Shown: positions 49,124 to 59,837, counted from the stretch's first letter. The stretch is 64,000 bases of DNA from Gemmatimonadaceae bacterium (GCA_044224875.1 JBGAJQ010000016.1:1-64000); one strand, 5' to 3'. Numbers and translations: made by a program. The notes: generated from the letters alone by a model not told the origin.

Positions 49124-51892
49124 ATGCGCGCTTCTGAAATTCGCTCAAGCTTTCTCGACTACTTCCAGCGACACGGCCACGCGGTTCGACCGAGCTCGTC
49201 GCTCGTTCCCGGCGACGACCCCACGCTGTTGTTCACCAACGCTGGCATGGTCCAGTTCAAGAAGGTCTTCCTCGGCTTGGAAGACACCGACTTTGGTCGT
49301 CGAGCCACCACGTCGCAGAAGTGCGTCCGCGCTGGTGGGAAGCACAATGACCTCGAACAAGTCGGACATACCGCGCGGCATCACACGTTTTTCGAGATGC
49401 TGGGCAACTTTTCGTTCGGCGATTACTTCAAGCGAGACGCGATTCGCTTTGCGTGGGAGTGGGTTACGGGGCCGCGCGCGGAGGGCAATCTGGGCATCGA
49501 CCCGCGACACGTTCGCGATTCTGTGTTCCGCGACGATCAAGAGGCGCGCGAGCTCTGGCGCGAGGTAGCCGGCGTTCCCGACTCCCGGATCTATGGCCTT
49601 GGCGAGAAGGACAACTTCTGGCAGATGGCAGACACGGGTCCGTGTGGGCCATGTTCTGAACTCTATGTTGACCTTGCACGTCTCGCTGCCGACTGGGAAT
49701 TCCCTGAAGGGGCGAGCGGCGAATGGACCGATCTGACGCGCACGGAGTTTTCCGTAGACGCTTTTGTCGAGGGCGCCGAGGCAGGACGCTTCCTTGAGAT
49801 CTGGAACCTGGTGTTCATGCAGTTCGACCGTCAGCCCGACGGCACACTTGTTCCGCTGCCGAAGCCGTCGGTGGATACCGGCGCCGGACTCGAGCGCATC
49901 GCCGCGGTGATGCAAGGCGTGACGAACAACTTCCACACGGACGTCTTTGCGCCGCTCATTGCGAAGATCGAAGAGGTGGTTGGTCTTCCCTACGAAGGGC
50001 GCGTGGCTGCGTCGGTGCGGAAACACGCAGTTGACCCTGCGTCCTTTCGAGTCTTGGCGGACCACGCTCGTGCGGTGGCCTTCCTCCTGGCCGACGGCGT
50101 GTTTCCCTCGAACGAGGGGCGTGGTTACGTGTTGCGTCGGATCCTTCGCCGAGCGGTGCGGCACGCATGGCTTCTTGGTCGTCGCGAACCAACGCTCACG
50201 CATGTGGTACAGGCCGTGATTTCGTCGATGAGTGGCGTCTTTCCCGAGCTGGGGCAACGGGCGACTCACATCGCGGAGACGACGCGCGCGGAAGAGGAGC
50301 GATTCCTGGCGACGATCGACGGCGGTATGCGACGGTTCGAGGAGATCGCGCCGCAGCACACGACCCAGGGATCCACGGCGGTGCGGGGCACGGTGAGCGG
50401 CGACGACGCCTTCCGCTTGTATGACACCTACGGCTTCCCGTTGGACCTGACGGAGCTGATGGCGCGGGAACGCGGATACACCGTCGATATCGGCGGCTTC
50501 GACTCGGCCCTGGCGGCGCAGCGCGCGCAGTCGCAGGAGGACCGACGATCGCGCAAGCTGAGTGTGGGGGCGGACGCCGCTGCCGACTGGACGTGGGAGA
50601 CGGCAGACGGTGAGCGCGCCACGGGCGACACCACCATCCCGCAGTTCGTCGGATACGACGGCGTCGAGGTGCAGACGCAGCTGACCGCATTGCATCGCCA
50701 GGACGGCGGCCGCGCGGCGATGCTGCTGCGCGAAACGCCGTTCTATGCGGAGTCGGGCGGTCAGGTGTCGGACCGCGGTGAGGTTGTAGGGGAGGGGTGG
50801 CGGCTTGCCGTAGATGATGTGCGCCGGATTGACGGGCGTATCGCAGCGTTAGGCAAGCTTTCTGGAAGCCCGCAACTCGGGTCGGTGGTGGCTCGTGTGC
50901 CGGTGGCTCAACGTCGGGACACGGAGCGCAACCACACCGCGACGCACCTGTTGCATGCCGCCCTGCGCAGTGTGCTGGGCGACCATGTGCATCAGGCAGG
51001 GTCGCTCGTGGCCCCCGACCGGCTGCGATTCGACTTCACGCATCATGGTCCGATCAAGGCTGAGGCGATCGCTGAAATCGAGGTGCAGGTCAATCGCGGA
51101 ATCTGGGCGGCTGTTCCCTTGCGGATCGAACAGAAGGGCTACAAGGATGCCGTGGCCGAAGGCGCGATGGCGCTGTTTGGCGAGAAGTACGGGGACGTGG
51201 TTCGCGTGGTGAAGATTCCGGGGCTTTCGGTGGAGCTTTGCGGCGGAACCCACGTGCGCAACACGTCGGAAATCGCCGTGTTCAAGGTGTTGAGCGAGAC
51301 AGGCGTTGCGGCGGGTGTTCGCCGCATCGAGGCCGCGACCGGTGGGCGCGCGTTTGAGCTGCTGCGCGAACGCGAACACCTGCTGGCGCAAATTGCAGAT
51401 GTCCTCAAGACCACGCCGGACACCGCTTTGAAGAAGGCGCAGGCGATGGTGGACGAACGGCGCGCGCTGGAAAAGAAGCTGGAGGAGGCGTTGAGGGGCG
51501 GGGGAGACCAGGTCCGACAGATGGTGAGTAGTGCCGTGCAGGTCGATGGCTTCCGCCTGGTGCAGGGCATGGTGCAGGCGGATGACGCCAAGACCCTCCA
51601 GGCGCTCGGCGACGCGCTGCGCGAACAGCTCGGGACCGGTGTGGCGGCCCTCGGCGCGTCCTTTGGCGACGGCAAGTCGACGATGCTGGTCGTGGCCACG
51701 GACGATGCGCGAGATCGTGGTTTGCGAGCGGACGTGATCGTGAAGGAGCTGGCGACGGCAGCCGGCGGTCGCGGCGGAGGAAAGCCGCACATGGCGCAGG
51801 CTGGCATACCCGACGCAACGCGGTTGCCCGACGCCCTGGCGCGGTTGGAGCCGACGGTGCGGTCGATCCTCGCGGGGGCCGGCGCTTCGTGA
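49124..51892 (+). CDS. alaS: Alanine--tRNA ligase
   Basis: DPTLLFTNAGMVQFK, HHTFFEMLGNFSFGDYFK, NHTATHLLH, ELCGGTH and GGRGGG. Confidence 0.98.
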   Translation: MRASEIRSSFLDYFQRHGHAVRPSSSLVPGDDPTLLFTNAGMVQFKKVFLGLEDTDFGRRATTSQKCVRAGGKHNDLEQVGHTARHHTFFEMLGNFSFGDYFKRDAIRFAWEWVTGPRAEGNLGIDPRHVRDSVFRDDQEARELWREVAGVPDSRIYGLGEKDNFWQMADTGPCGPCSELYVDLARLAADWEFPEGASGEWTDLTRTEFSVDAFVEGAEAGRFLEIWNLVFMQFDRQPDGTLVPLPKPSVDTGAGLERIAAVMQGVTNNFHTDVFAPLIAKIEEVVGLPYEGRVAASVRKHAVDPASFRVLADHARAVAFLLADGVFPSNEGRGYVLRRILRRAVRHAWLLGRREPTLTHVVQAVISSMSGVFPELGQRATHIAETTRAEEERFLATIDGGMRRFEEIAPQHTTQGSTAVRGTVSGDDAFRLYDTYGFPLDLTELMARERGYTVDIGGFDSALAAQRAQSQEDRRSRKLSVGADAAADWTWETADGERATGDTTIPQFVGYDGVEVQTQLTALHRQDGGRAAMLLRETPFYAESGGQVSDRGEVVGEGWRLAVDDVRRIDGRIAALGKLSGSPQLGSVVARVPVAQRRDTERNHTATHLLHAALRSVLGDHVHQAGSLVAPDRLRFDFTHHGPIKAEAIAEIEVQVNRGIWAAVPLRIEQKGYKDAVAEGAMALFGEKYGDVVRVVKIPGLSVELCGGTHVRNTSEIAVFKVLSETGVAAGVRRIEAATGGRAFELLREREHLLAQIADVLKTTPDTALKKAQAMVDERRALEKKLEEALRGGGDQVRQMVSSAVQVDGFRLVQGMVQADDAKTLQALGDALREQLGTGVAALGASFGDGKSTMLVVATDDARDRGLRADVIVKELATAAGGRGGGKPHMAQAGIPDATRLPDALARLEPTVRSILAGAGAS

Positions 51893-52200
51893 CCACGGCT
51901 GAGTGGTTGGCGGGTCGACGACCCGAGCCGCCGCCCGCCTTGGCCCAGCGAATTGCCTCCATCCTGCGCGAGCAGGCCCAGATGCCCCCGTCGCCGGACG
52001 GGCTGATCGACGGCGCTGAGCGAACGTTGCGGGCCTTGTTGCAGTCCAATGCCACGCAGCGTGACGGGGCCTTGGACCTGCTGGCCGCGGACGCACTGGT
52101 TACCTACGCCTTTGAGCTGGCGGCGGACGAACCGGAGCAGCTGGATGGCATCGCGACCGAGGCCATGCGGCGGTTGTCCGCGCATGCGTCGTCCACATGA
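51889..52200 (+). CDS. Hypothetical protein
   Basis: Four-base start/stop overlaps with both neighbours; ALDLLAADALVTYAFE helix. Confidence 0.65.
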   Translation: MTTAEWLAGRRPEPPPALAQRIASILREQAQMPPSPDGLIDGAERTLRALLQSNATQRDGALDLLAADALVTYAFELAADEPEQLDGIATEAMRRLSAHASST

Positions 52201-52979
52201 TCGACCTTCACACGCACCTGTTGCCCGGGGTCGACGATGGATCGCCCACGCTGGAGCACTCGGCGATGGTGCTTGCCCGCTTTGGGGCAGAAGGTGTGCA
52301 GACCGTCGTCTGCACGCCGCACTTGGCGGCGACGGACAGTCCGCATGCGCCGGTTGACGCACACCTGGAACTTCTCCGCCAGCTGCAATCGCTGACCCCG
52401 CAGGGCGTGACGCTACTACCCGGATGGGAGATCATGCTGGACGCCCCCGGGGCACTCAGGCGCCAGGCAGGGCTTAGCCTTGGCACGTCACGCGCCACGC
52501 TGGTGGAGTGGCCGCGGGCCACCGTCCCGGACTGGGCGTCCGCTGAGCTGCTCCGCCTGCGCGGCCTGGGGATTGTTCCCCTCGTGGCACACGTGGAGCG
52601 CTACCGCGGCATCACGCTCGAGTTGGTCCGGGAGTGGCGCGAGTTTGGGGCGGTCATGCAGTCCGACGCGACTGTCCTGGTGGCGGGCGGCGACATGTGC
52701 GAGCTGGCGAAGCAGATGCTGGGACTTGGATTGATCGACGTGCTGGCGAGTGACAATCATGGCGACCGTCGCACGCTCCAGATGGCTCGCTGGTGGCTGT
52801 CCGAGATTGGATTTCCCGAGCAGGCCACGTTGCTCACCGAAACGAACCCGGGGCGCCTGCTTCGCGACGAGTCGATGCTACCGGTAGACGGCGTCCGGTT
52901 TGAGCAGGGAGCCTTGGCGCGCTTGCGTGCGTGGTGGCAGCGCCGTCGGCAGCCCGTCACTCACGATTCGGAGGGTTAG
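52197..52979 (+). CDS. PHP-family tyrosine-protein phosphatase (CpsB/CapC/YwqE-like)
   Basis: IDLHTHLLPGVDDGS, TPH, AHVERY and ASDNH. Confidence 0.85.
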   Translation: MIDLHTHLLPGVDDGSPTLEHSAMVLARFGAEGVQTVVCTPHLAATDSPHAPVDAHLELLRQLQSLTPQGVTLLPGWEIMLDAPGALRRQAGLSLGTSRATLVEWPRATVPDWASAELLRLRGLGIVPLVAHVERYRGITLELVREWREFGAVMQSDATVLVAGGDMCELAKQMLGLGLIDVLASDNHGDRRTLQMARWWLSEIGFPEQATLLTETNPGRLLRDESMLPVDGVRFEQGALARLRAWWQRRRQPVTHDSEG

Positions 52980-53573
52980 ATGGTGAGTCCGCCCAGAGAG
53001 GCAGAACGCATCGCGGAACGGATGCGAGCGTTGGCCGAGGTGGCGACGCGCTCCGCGGCAACACTCGCCAACGACGTCGCTAGCGTCGCGACGACCATCC
53101 GCACGACACTGGCAGCCGGCCGAAAGCTGCTGTTCTGCGGAAACGGAGGAAGCGCGGCCGACGCGCAGCATATCGCAACGGAGTACGTCGTGCGCTACAT
53201 GAGGAACCGGCGCGCCTGGCCGGCGATTGCCCTCACGACGGATACGTCGCTCCTGACGGCGGCAGGGAACGACCTGGGCTTCGACGAAGTGTTCGCTCGG
53301 CAAGTCGAGGCGCTCGGGCAACCCGGCGACTGCCTCATCATCCACAGCACCAGCGGGAATTCGCCGAACGTGATCCGGGCGGCCGAAGTCGCGCGCGCCC
53401 GCGGGCTGGTCGTCATTGGGCTCAGTGCGCGGGACGGCGGCGCGCTGGTACCGCTTTGTGACCACGCCATCGTGGTTCCAACCGACCGGACGGATCGGGC
53501 CCAAGAACTACATCTCTGCATTCAACACGCGATCTGCGAGATCGTCGAGGACGCCTTGGAGAACACCAGATGA
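52980..53573 (+). CDS. gmhA: Phosphoheptose isomerase (SIS domain)
   Basis: CGNGGSAADAQH, GND...FARQV, STSGNSPN and QELH...H. Confidence 0.9.
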   Translation: MVSPPREAERIAERMRALAEVATRSAATLANDVASVATTIRTTLAAGRKLLFCGNGGSAADAQHIATEYVVRYMRNRRAWPAIALTTDTSLLTAAGNDLGFDEVFARQVEALGQPGDCLIIHSTSGNSPNVIRAAEVARARGLVVIGLSARDGGALVPLCDHAIVVPTDRTDRAQELHLCIQHAICEIVEDALENTR

Positions 53574-54331
53574 TTGACCTGACGGGGAAGCGTGCAGTGG
53601 TCACGGGCGGATCGCGTGGGATTGGCGCTGCCACATCGCAATTGCTGGCTCGATGCGGTGCGAGCGTCGCCGTCAGCTACCGACATCGCGCCGCCGAGGC
53701 TGAGGCAATGGTCCGTTCGTTGGTCGGGATGGGGCGTGGCGTCCGGAGTTTCGCGCACGCCGCCGAATTGTCAGATGCGGCGGCGGTCGATGCGCTGTTT
53801 GCCCGCGTGGAGCGGGAGTGGGGTGGGCTGGACATTTTCGTTGGTAACGCGGGAATCTGGCCTGTTGAGGAGGTGCCTGTTTCGGAGATGGCGGACGAGC
53901 GATGGTCGCGCACGGTCGCCGAGAATATCAACGGCATGTTTTACAGCACACGAGCCGCCTTGCGGCTCATGGGGCCGGGCGGACGCATTGTACTGATCTC
54001 CAGCACCGCGGGTCAGCGCGGCGAGTCCATGCACGCTGACTACGCAGCGTCCAAGGGTGCCATGATTTCGTTCGTGAAGTCGTTGGCGGTCGAGGTGGGA
54101 GCGCGCCAGATCACCTGCAACAGCGTGGCACCCGGTTGGGTGGACACGGAAATGTGCGTGGAGCCATTTGCGGCTGGCGGAAGAGATCGCATTGCAGCTG
54201 GTATTCCTGTCGGGCGTATCGCGACCCCGGAGGACATTGCAGCACCTGTTGTGTTCCTCTGTTCTGCAGAGGCGCGGCACGTCAACGGGGAGATCCTGAA
54301 CGTGAACGGCGGCAGTGTCCTGTGCGGATAG
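53570..54331 (+). CDS. Short-chain dehydrogenase/reductase
   Basis: TGGSRGIG, NAG, YAASK and VNGG. Confidence 0.9.
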   Translation: MIDLTGKRAVVTGGSRGIGAATSQLLARCGASVAVSYRHRAAEAEAMVRSLVGMGRGVRSFAHAAELSDAAAVDALFARVEREWGGLDIFVGNAGIWPVEEVPVSEMADERWSRTVAENINGMFYSTRAALRLMGPGGRIVLISSTAGQRGESMHADYAASKGAMISFVKSLAVEVGARQITCNSVAPGWVDTEMCVEPFAAGGRDRIAAGIPVGRIATPEDIAAPVVFLCSAEARHVNGEILNVNGGSVLCG

Positions 54332-55296
54332 TCGCCTGCGTCTTCACGGGCGGCACGATCTCGATGCGCGTCGACGCGGCCCTGGGTGGCGCTGTCCCTG
54401 CGCTGGGGGCGGCCGAGATCGTCGCCGCGGCGCGAGGCATTGAGCACATCGCTGAGCTGCGCGTGGAAGAATGGGGACGCTTTCCAGGTCCTCACATGTC
54501 GCTGGAACGGATGTGGGAGCTCCGCTGCCGGCTGGTGGAGCTGGTGGCTGACCCTGCGATTGCTGGCGTCGTGGTCACGCATGGTACGGACACGCTGGAA
54601 GAGTCCGCGTACCTCATGACGCGTTCGATCAATACGTCCAAGCCGATCGTGTTCACCGGCGCTACGCGTAGCGCGTCCGAGCTTGGCTGGGATGGGCCGT
54701 CGAATCTGACGGATGCCGTTCGAGTGGCCGCCAGCGATCAGGCGTGCGGGTATGGCTCGCTGGTGGTCCTGAACTCGCTCATTTTTGCCGGCGTGGACGT
54801 GACCAAGGCCCACACGCACCTGCTGGACGCATTCGAGAGTCCAGGGCTCGGGCCGGTGGGCGTGATCGACGAGGGAAGCGTGATCTTCCGCCGAGCGTTA
54901 TCCGCGTTGCCGCCGGTGATCGACCCTCCGGCGTTAGGCATGCCGGTGGACATCGTGCTCACGTTTGCCGGTGCCGACCGCCGCCTGGTGGACGCCAGCG
55001 CGAAGACGGCGCGGGGAATCGTCGTTGCGGCGCTTGGCCGCGGGAATGTTCCTCCGAGCGTTGCCGCCGGTATTCGTGATGCCGTGGACGCGGGAACACC
55101 CGTGGTGGTGTCGTCACGCGCGTGGTGTGGTCGTGTCGCGGGGACCTACGCCTACGAGGGTGGCGGCCGTCACCTCGCGACGCTTGGCGCGTTGCTCACC
55201 GGCGCCAGGCGCCCGCAGCAAGCGCGATTGGACCTGGCGTTGGCGTTAGGTGCTGGGTACGATCGAGATGCACTCGCCACGTTGTTCGCCGACTGA
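54322..55296 (+). CDS. L-asparaginase family protein
   Basis: TGGTISM, THGTDTLEE, TGA and DGPSNL. Confidence 0.9.
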   Translation: MRIVACVFTGGTISMRVDAALGGAVPALGAAEIVAAARGIEHIAELRVEEWGRFPGPHMSLERMWELRCRLVELVADPAIAGVVVTHGTDTLEESAYLMTRSINTSKPIVFTGATRSASELGWDGPSNLTDAVRVAASDQACGYGSLVVLNSLIFAGVDVTKAHTHLLDAFESPGLGPVGVIDEGSVIFRRALSALPPVIDPPALGMPVDIVLTFAGADRRLVDASAKTARGIVVAALGRGNVPPSVAAGIRDAVDAGTPVVVSSRAWCGRVAGTYAYEGGGRHLATLGALLTGARRPQQARLDLALALGAGYDRDALATLFAD

Positions 55297-55309
55297 CGGT
55301 CCGCACTGC

Positions 55310-56647
55310 ATGGCGAACGACCCCATTCCCCCGTCCTTGCAGGCCCCGCGTGGGGTGCGCGAGATCGCCGAGACGCTCGAACGCGCCGGGTATGACACCT
55401 GGTGCGTTGGTGGCGCGATACGCGACGTGCTCCTTGGCTACCCTCACCTCGACTGGGATTTTGCGACGGCTGCCACGCCACCGCAGGTGCAAGCGCTCTT
55501 TCGGAAGACAGTCCCCGTCGGGATAGAACACGGGACGGTAGGCGTGCGCGACCGTTTTGGTGTGCTGCATGAAGTCACGACGTTTCGCCGCGACGTGCAG
55601 ACGGACGGTCGCCACGCCGTGGTGGAGTTTGGCGCCTCGCTGGACGAGGATCTGGCTCGTCGCGACTTCACGATCAACGCCATCGCCTACTCACCCACAC
55701 GACATCTGTTGCACGATCCGTTCGGTGGCAGGGAGGACCTTCAGCGCCGGGTGTTGCGGGCGGTTGGCGTACCGGAAGACCGAATGCGCGAGGATCGGTT
55801 GCGAGCGCTGCGTGCCTTGCGCTTTGCCGGTCGGTTTGGCCTGGAGATCGAGGCAGCTACGTGGAAGGCGATTCAGTCGTCGGCGCCGTTCCTCACACGC
55901 CTGTCGAATGAACGCGTGAAGCAGGAACTCGAGAAGACCATGCAACAGCTGGCCTGTCCCAGTCGTTCGCTATTGCTCTGGAAGTCAAGCGGCGCGTTGC
56001 AGGCGTTGCTGCCGGATTTGGACGGCCAAGGGGACCTGCCGCTGGTGGCCCCCGACTTCGTCGGGCGCCCCGACGATACCACGCGTCCAGAGCGTGCCTC
56101 ACTCCGGCAGCTGGTGCGGCTGGCGGTGTGCTTTGTAGGCCTGGATCCGGCGAAGGTCGCCGCCGTCCTCCGCGGTCTCCGGTGCGCCAATCGCGATATC
56201 GATGCCATCTCGCACCTGGCGACCTGGCGACGTGACCTGGAGCCAGGAATTCGCAAGTCGTTAGGTGCTGGCGCGCCTACGACCGACGCGACGCTACGGC
56301 GCTGGGCCGCGGTGACCGGGCGCACGGACATGCCGTTATTGCTGCGAACACTCGCCGCTCGCTGGGCCGCGGAAGGGACCCTCGGCGCGGTGCCGCTATC
56401 CGCCCGCGACGTCGGATCCATGTACCGGCGCGCCGTCCGGGTGGCGTATCGCGACCCCGTTGGCGTGTCTGACCTCGCCATTCACGGTGGAGACTTGCTG
56501 GCCATGGGTATCGCGCCGGGACCGCGACTCGGCGAGATTTTGCGGACGTTGCTCGACCGCGTGCTGGAGGATCCTTCGGCGAATACACGAGAGCAACTCC
56601 TCAGCTGGGCCGCCGAGCTGTCGCCTCGGCGCCTTCCTCCCGCGTAG
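55310..56647 (+). CDS. cca: Class II CCA tRNA nucleotidyltransferase
   Basis: VGGAIRD, DWD, EDLARRDFTINA, EDRLRALR and ERV. Confidence 0.88.
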   Translation: MANDPIPPSLQAPRGVREIAETLERAGYDTWCVGGAIRDVLLGYPHLDWDFATAATPPQVQALFRKTVPVGIEHGTVGVRDRFGVLHEVTTFRRDVQTDGRHAVVEFGASLDEDLARRDFTINAIAYSPTRHLLHDPFGGREDLQRRVLRAVGVPEDRMREDRLRALRALRFAGRFGLEIEAATWKAIQSSAPFLTRLSNERVKQELEKTMQQLACPSRSLLLWKSSGALQALLPDLDGQGDLPLVAPDFVGRPDDTTRPERASLRQLVRLAVCFVGLDPAKVAAVLRGLRCANRDIDAISHLATWRRDLEPGIRKSLGAGAPTTDATLRRWAAVTGRTDMPLLLRTLAARWAAEGTLGAVPLSARDVGSMYRRAVRVAYRDPVGVSDLAIHGGDLLAMGIAPGPRLGEILRTLLDRVLEDPSANTREQLLSWAAELSPRRLPPA

Positions 56648-56655
56648 CGGCTGCC

Positions 56656-57183
56656 ATGTTCCTTCGTGGTCGTCAACCCGAGTCGACGGTGTGGCCCCGC
56701 TTCCGCGCGGTTGGCGACGCGTTTGCCGTTCGCCGGTCCGGCACACTGGTGGAGACGGTGGTCCGGACCTCGGCGAGCCGAGCCGTCGACTTATTCCTGG
56801 CGCTGATCGAAGAACTCCCCCCCGCGGTGTCGGTCACCATCACGGACGTTCGATCTGACGGGATATGGTCCGGCGAGTCGCTGGCGCTCCCAGACGTAGT
56901 GGAAGTCATGGGACGGCTCAAACTCCCCCTGACGACGTACGCCGGAGCAGAGATCAGCGTCGTCGCCTCCGACGAGCAAGTGTCGCTCACTCGCGAACTG
57001 GGATTGTTCTGCTTCGCGCGCACGGAACGCTGGGTGTACCTGCTCCGAGGCCTTGGGTTGACGGAGCGAGCGACGCTCGCCCCACGCAGTTGGCACCTGG
57101 CACCCGACCAGTTTCCGCCGGTGCGCGAGCTGACCTCCGCGCTGTCACTCGCGGCCGATCGTCTGAAGTTGAGTCCGTCGTGA
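56656..57183 (+). CDS. Hypothetical protein
   Basis: ORF fills the gap in the operon; its stop overlaps the next start; no motif recognised. Confidence 0.6.
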   Translation: MFLRGRQPESTVWPRFRAVGDAFAVRRSGTLVETVVRTSASRAVDLFLALIEELPPAVSVTITDVRSDGIWSGESLALPDVVEVMGRLKLPLTTYAGAEISVVASDEQVSLTRELGLFCFARTERWVYLLRGLGLTERATLAPRSWHLAPDQFPPVRELTSALSLAADRLKLSPS

Positions 57184-57893
57184 CCCTGGTGCCCTTGGGG
57201 TACGCGGCACTCGCCGCCGCCGGCAACGTGTTAGGCGCCGCGGCCATCACATGGCGGGCTCGTTGGAGCTCGCGCGCCTTGGAAGCCCTGCTCGCGGTTG
57301 CGGCGGGCTTCATGGTGAGCGTGGCTGTGGTCGAGCTCATTCCAGAATCCGTTGCTCGTTATGGCGTTGGTGCCGGGGGATGGATTCTTCTCGGTTACCT
57401 GCTGGTGCATTTCACGCAGCACACGATTGCCGCACATTTCCACTTTGGGGAGGAACGGCACGCCGTGTCGGCCTCCGTGAGCGTGTCGGCCTTGGTCGGA
57501 CTGCTGCTGCACACGCTCGTGGATGGGGTGGCCATCGTTGCGGGCTATGACGTGAGCCCGGCCCTCGGTGCGTTGGTGTTTGTTGCCGTGGCGCTGCACA
57601 AGCTGCCGGAAGGGCTGGCGATTGCTTCCATGTTCCTGGCGGCTGGGTCGTCGCGAGGTCGCGCCTTGATGGCCGCCGCAGCGTTAGGCGGCATGACCAT
57701 CGCTGGTGTGCTTCTGACGGAATCGATCGAGCCACTCAGTCGCCTCGGGTTGCCGTTGGCCTCTGGTGTCTCGCTCTACGTGGGCGCGTCGAACCTGGTT
57801 CCGGAGCTGCAGAAGACGCGTCGATGGCGCAACGCGATCATCTTCTTTCTGGGCTGTGCAGCGTTCTTCCTGGCGCGGGCCATGGTGGCGTGA
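57180..57893 (+). CDS. ZIP family metal transporter
   Basis: AAGFM, HFHFGEE, HTLVDG and HKLPEG; multiple transmembrane segments. Confidence 0.88.
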   Translation: MTLVPLGYAALAAAGNVLGAAAITWRARWSSRALEALLAVAAGFMVSVAVVELIPESVARYGVGAGGWILLGYLLVHFTQHTIAAHFHFGEERHAVSASVSVSALVGLLLHTLVDGVAIVAGYDVSPALGALVFVAVALHKLPEGLAIASMFLAAGSSRGRALMAAAALGGMTIAGVLLTESIEPLSRLGLPLASGVSLYVGASNLVPELQKTRRWRNAIIFFLGCAAFFLARAMVA

Positions 57894-59287
57894 TGGCTCG
57901 ATCGAACCGTGGGTCCGGCGCGAGTGAAGACACACTGTTCAGTCGACGGCGCGAGGCGGAGCCGTTGGCTGCGAGAATGCGGCCGCGAAGCCTCGATGAG
58001 GTCGTCGGACAGCACGACCTGCTCGGGCAAGGGAAGCCGCTCCGCGAAGCGATCGAGCGTGGCACACTCACGTCGATCATTCTGTGGGGGCCGCCGGGAA
58101 CAGGAAAGACTACCATTGGCTTTCTGGTGGCGCGCTACACGGACCGCGAGTTCGTCCCGTTCTCGGCCGTCACAGAGGGTGTTCCACGCGTCCGGGAAAT
58201 CATCGCCGAGGCGGAGAAGCGACTGGCGCTGGGTCGTCGTACCGTGCTGTTCGTCGACGAGATCCACCGGTTCAATCGCGCGCAACAGGATGCCTTTCTT
58301 GGCGCGGTGGAGACGGGGGTAGTGACGCTCATTGGAGCCACCACGGAGAACCCATCCTTCGAACTGAATGGAGCATTGCTGTCTCGGACTCGGGTGTTTG
58401 TCCTCCAGCCGTTGGAGCCGGAGGCACTGGCTGCGCTGCTGCGCCGGGCCCTCGACGATACGGAACGCGGGTTGGGGAGCTTGCGCCTCGCCGCCAGTGA
58501 CGCGGCGCTGATGTGGCTCGCGGTTCAGGCGGACGGAGATGCGAGACGGGCACTTACGATCCTGGAGGCCGCGGCCTCTCACGTGCAGGCGGGGAGCGAG
58601 CTGACGGAGGAGGTCCTGCGCGAAGCGTTACAGCTGCGGGTGGCGCGGTACGACAAGGTTGGGGAGGAGCACTACAATCTCATCTCCGCCTACCACAAGG
58701 CGCTTCGGGGGAGCGACCCGAACGGGGCGTTGTATTGGCTGGCTCGGATGATCGATGGGGGAGAGGATCCGATGTACATCGCGCGGCGCACCGTCCGATT
58801 CGCGGCGGAGGACGTCGGGTTGGCCGATCCCCAAGCGCTACATGTCGCCTTGGCGGCGCGTGATACATATCACGCGTTAGGCTCCCCGGAGGGTGAGCTG
58901 GCGATTGCCGAAGCCGCCGTCTACCTGGCGGTCGCCCCGAAATCCAACCGTGTGTATGAGGCGTGGAAGGCGGCGCTGGACCTGGCGCGCGCCACGCCGG
59001 CGGAGCCGGTGCCTCTCCACATTCGCAATGCGCCCACGGCGTTGATGAAGGAACTGGGCTATGGGAAGGGGTACGAATACGCCCACTCCGTCCCCGAGGC
59101 TTACACGCCGCAAGAGTACCTTCCAGAGCGTTTGAAGGGCTCCGTATTATATGAGCCTGGAGCATTCGGGTTTGAGAAGGACATCGCCAAGCGTTTGGCG
59201 TGGTGGGCGGAGTTGAAGGAGAAGATGCAACGTCATCGCGCGGCGGACGCCGCCGAACTACCTGATGGAGGAACTACTGATGCGTAA
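57893..59287 (+). CDS. rarA: Replication-associated recombination protein A
   Basis: PLAARMRP, GPPGTGKTT, DEIHRFN, GATTENPSF, EDVGLADP and PKSN. Confidence 0.95.
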   Translation: MARSNRGSGASEDTLFSRRREAEPLAARMRPRSLDEVVGQHDLLGQGKPLREAIERGTLTSIILWGPPGTGKTTIGFLVARYTDREFVPFSAVTEGVPRVREIIAEAEKRLALGRRTVLFVDEIHRFNRAQQDAFLGAVETGVVTLIGATTENPSFELNGALLSRTRVFVLQPLEPEALAALLRRALDDTERGLGSLRLAASDAALMWLAVQADGDARRALTILEAAASHVQAGSELTEEVLREALQLRVARYDKVGEEHYNLISAYHKALRGSDPNGALYWLARMIDGGEDPMYIARRTVRFAAEDVGLADPQALHVALAARDTYHALGSPEGELAIAEAAVYLAVAPKSNRVYEAWKAALDLARATPAEPVPLHIRNAPTALMKELGYGKGYEYAHSVPEAYTPQEYLPERLKGSVLYEPGAFGFEKDIAKRLAWWAELKEKMQRHRAADAAELPDGGTTDA

Positions 59288-59744
59288 GGCGTTGTTGTGG
59301 TGGGGAACCGCAGGGCTGGTCCTAACGAGTGCGTGTGCGACGCTGGGCATGGCGCACTTCAAGGAACCCGTCGTGACGTTCAAGGACGTCAAGGTCACGG
59401 GCCTGGGTGTGGCTGGCGGCTCCATGGAGATCGTCCTCGACGTGTACAATCCCAATAACTTTCGGCTCGACGGCAGCCGCCTCACCTACAAGCTCATGGT
59501 CGATACGGTGACGTTCGGGGTCGGCGCCTACGACAGTCGCTTTCAGGTCGAAAAGGACCAATCGTCCGAGGTTCGCCTCCCGTTCAACTTCACGTACACG
59601 GGAATCGGCGCGGCTGGGCGGCAGCTGATGCAGACCGGAAGCGTCGAGTACCGCGTCATGGGGGACGTGACGGTGAACACACCCCTCGGCGCGTTCACGC
59701 GCCCGTACGACCAGCGCGGCCGTTTCAATTCGATGAGCCGGTAG
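59280..59744 (+). CDS. LEA type 2 (WHy) domain lipoprotein
   Basis: Lipobox LTSAC; VYNPN motif; beta-rich. Confidence 0.8.
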   Translation: MRKALLWWGTAGLVLTSACATLGMAHFKEPVVTFKDVKVTGLGVAGGSMEIVLDVYNPNNFRLDGSRLTYKLMVDTVTFGVGAYDSRFQVEKDQSSEVRLPFNFTYTGIGAAGRQLMQTGSVEYRVMGDVTVNTPLGAFTRPYDQRGRFNSMSR

Positions 59745-59837
59745 TCCCTGCGTCGCACAACGGGCGTGGTTATAGATTGCAGGGCGATCGCGCTGACTGG
59801 CGCGTTTGGCCACTCCTGATTTGCTGACGAGAATCGT

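Noticed and set aside
55310..56647. Split CC-adding/A-adding enzyme or poly(A) polymerase
   Set aside because: The loop before EDLARRDFT is present (RRDVQTDGRHAVVEF) and I saw no poly(A) polymerase signature; an ordinary CCA enzyme is the simplest reading, though not proven.
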